DNA of 63,694 nt, counting the filler, from Hyphochytrium catenoides (lineage: Eukaryota; Protista; Hyphochytriomycota): assembly GCA_900088475.1 (NCBI GenBank). It is 12 parts of 12 records of this genome, joined end to end, with 100 filler letters (N's around TTAATTAATTAA, not from the genome) between each part and the next. Parts side by side here need not be neighbours in the genome. Positions count along the whole stretch, not along the records: positions 62,372 to 63,694 come from FLMG01003849.1; 11 more parts are not named here. One strand, 5' to 3'. Both the position numbers and the translations under genes were made by a program. The notes below the pieces were generated by a model, which was given only the letters and a program-made list of their open reading frames with translations, had not been told where the DNA came from and ran no database searches. This document shows positions 62,971 through 63,694 of the stretch, in pieces (the stretch's first letter is position 1; every line of letters begins with the position of its first letter).

Positions 62971-63694
62971 TTGCTTGCTCGTAGCTGCGGGTAGTCTTGG
63001 GAGGAGAAGAGTCACTTTGTCCCCGTGCATCGGCAGTGCCGAGGAGTAATAAACTACTCAATTGGTCAAACCAATACGTCTCACTTGTTCTTGTGAGGTT
63101 AACTTTGCAATGTCCTCCTTGACCAATGAAGGACTGACTCCCCTTCCCACGGCAAAAACTGGCCGGTTGTCAGCGGTAAAGAGAGGAAGAGGGTCAATAG
63201 GAGTGAAAGAGAAGAAAGAGTGATCGATCTCCAGAAATGCGACTCGAGCATCCGCTGTCTAGCAACTGTGGCTGCTCTGGACGGCTTTCGCCCTCGCTGC
63301 AGCCTGCTGGATAGAAGCTAGGTAAGGGATACACCAGAGTCGATAGAAGGACTTTGCATACTGATTGGCTAATCCCAATTCATTAGTGTCAACTGATAGA
63401 TCTCCTCCTGGTGAAGAAGAAGTGGAGGATAGGAAAGCAGCTAAGAGCGCACTATGTTGCTGAGTGTTGCTTTTACTGGGCTCCTGTACCAACGGCGACT
63501 TGTCCAAGTGGACGCGAGACTTCCAGCCAGTTGGCCTGCGAGCAGCGCTCTCCAGAAGCTCAAACCAGTCTGCGCTGTTATGTCCCTTTTTCCGGCGAAT
63601 GCCGCACTGCCTGTTACCACGCGCAGGTTTCTCCTGTCTTTCGCCGATCTGTGGGATCTTCTCTTTTCCTTTCCCCTGGAGCAGAGAGAGCATT

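Overview
Eukaryotic, intron-containing DNA extremely rich in (CT)n/(GA)n. It is probably a protist, most likely a stramenopile (inference from a BT1 transporter, an oomycete-like secreted beta/gamma-crystallin-type domain, a 7TM-RGS, a TKL kinase, a sterol methyltransferase and TTAGGG repeats). The window is 12 contigs joined by artificial 100-nt N44-TTAATTAATTAA-N44 linkers, so adjacency across linkers is not biological. Most ORF-track entries are microsatellite artefacts. Hand-spliced genes: a ~979-aa KH / multi-TQT / Cys-rich / J-domain protein, S-adenosylmethionine decarboxylase, an equilibrative nucleoside transporter, a 7TM-RGS protein, NAT9, organellar-type AsnRS, a TKL kinase and a sterol C24-methyltransferase. 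Disrupted copies: a BT1 transporter, a secreted crystallin-like protein and an orphan copy of RGS exon 1. Mobile elements: a 5'-truncated LINE inside a (TTAGGG)n array, a TIR-bounded Myb/SANT-only element and a Copia integrase remnant. Most notable: (1) a 36-codon uORF ending CKKPG-stop in the AdoMetDC leader, resembling plant polyamine-sensing uORFs; (2) the telomeric-repeat-embedded LINE; (3) the KH/LC8-motif/Cys-rich/J architecture; (4) purine-then-pyrimidine bipartite introns; (5) a possible CpA>TpA decay bias in repeats. All gene models are manual and lack transcript support.
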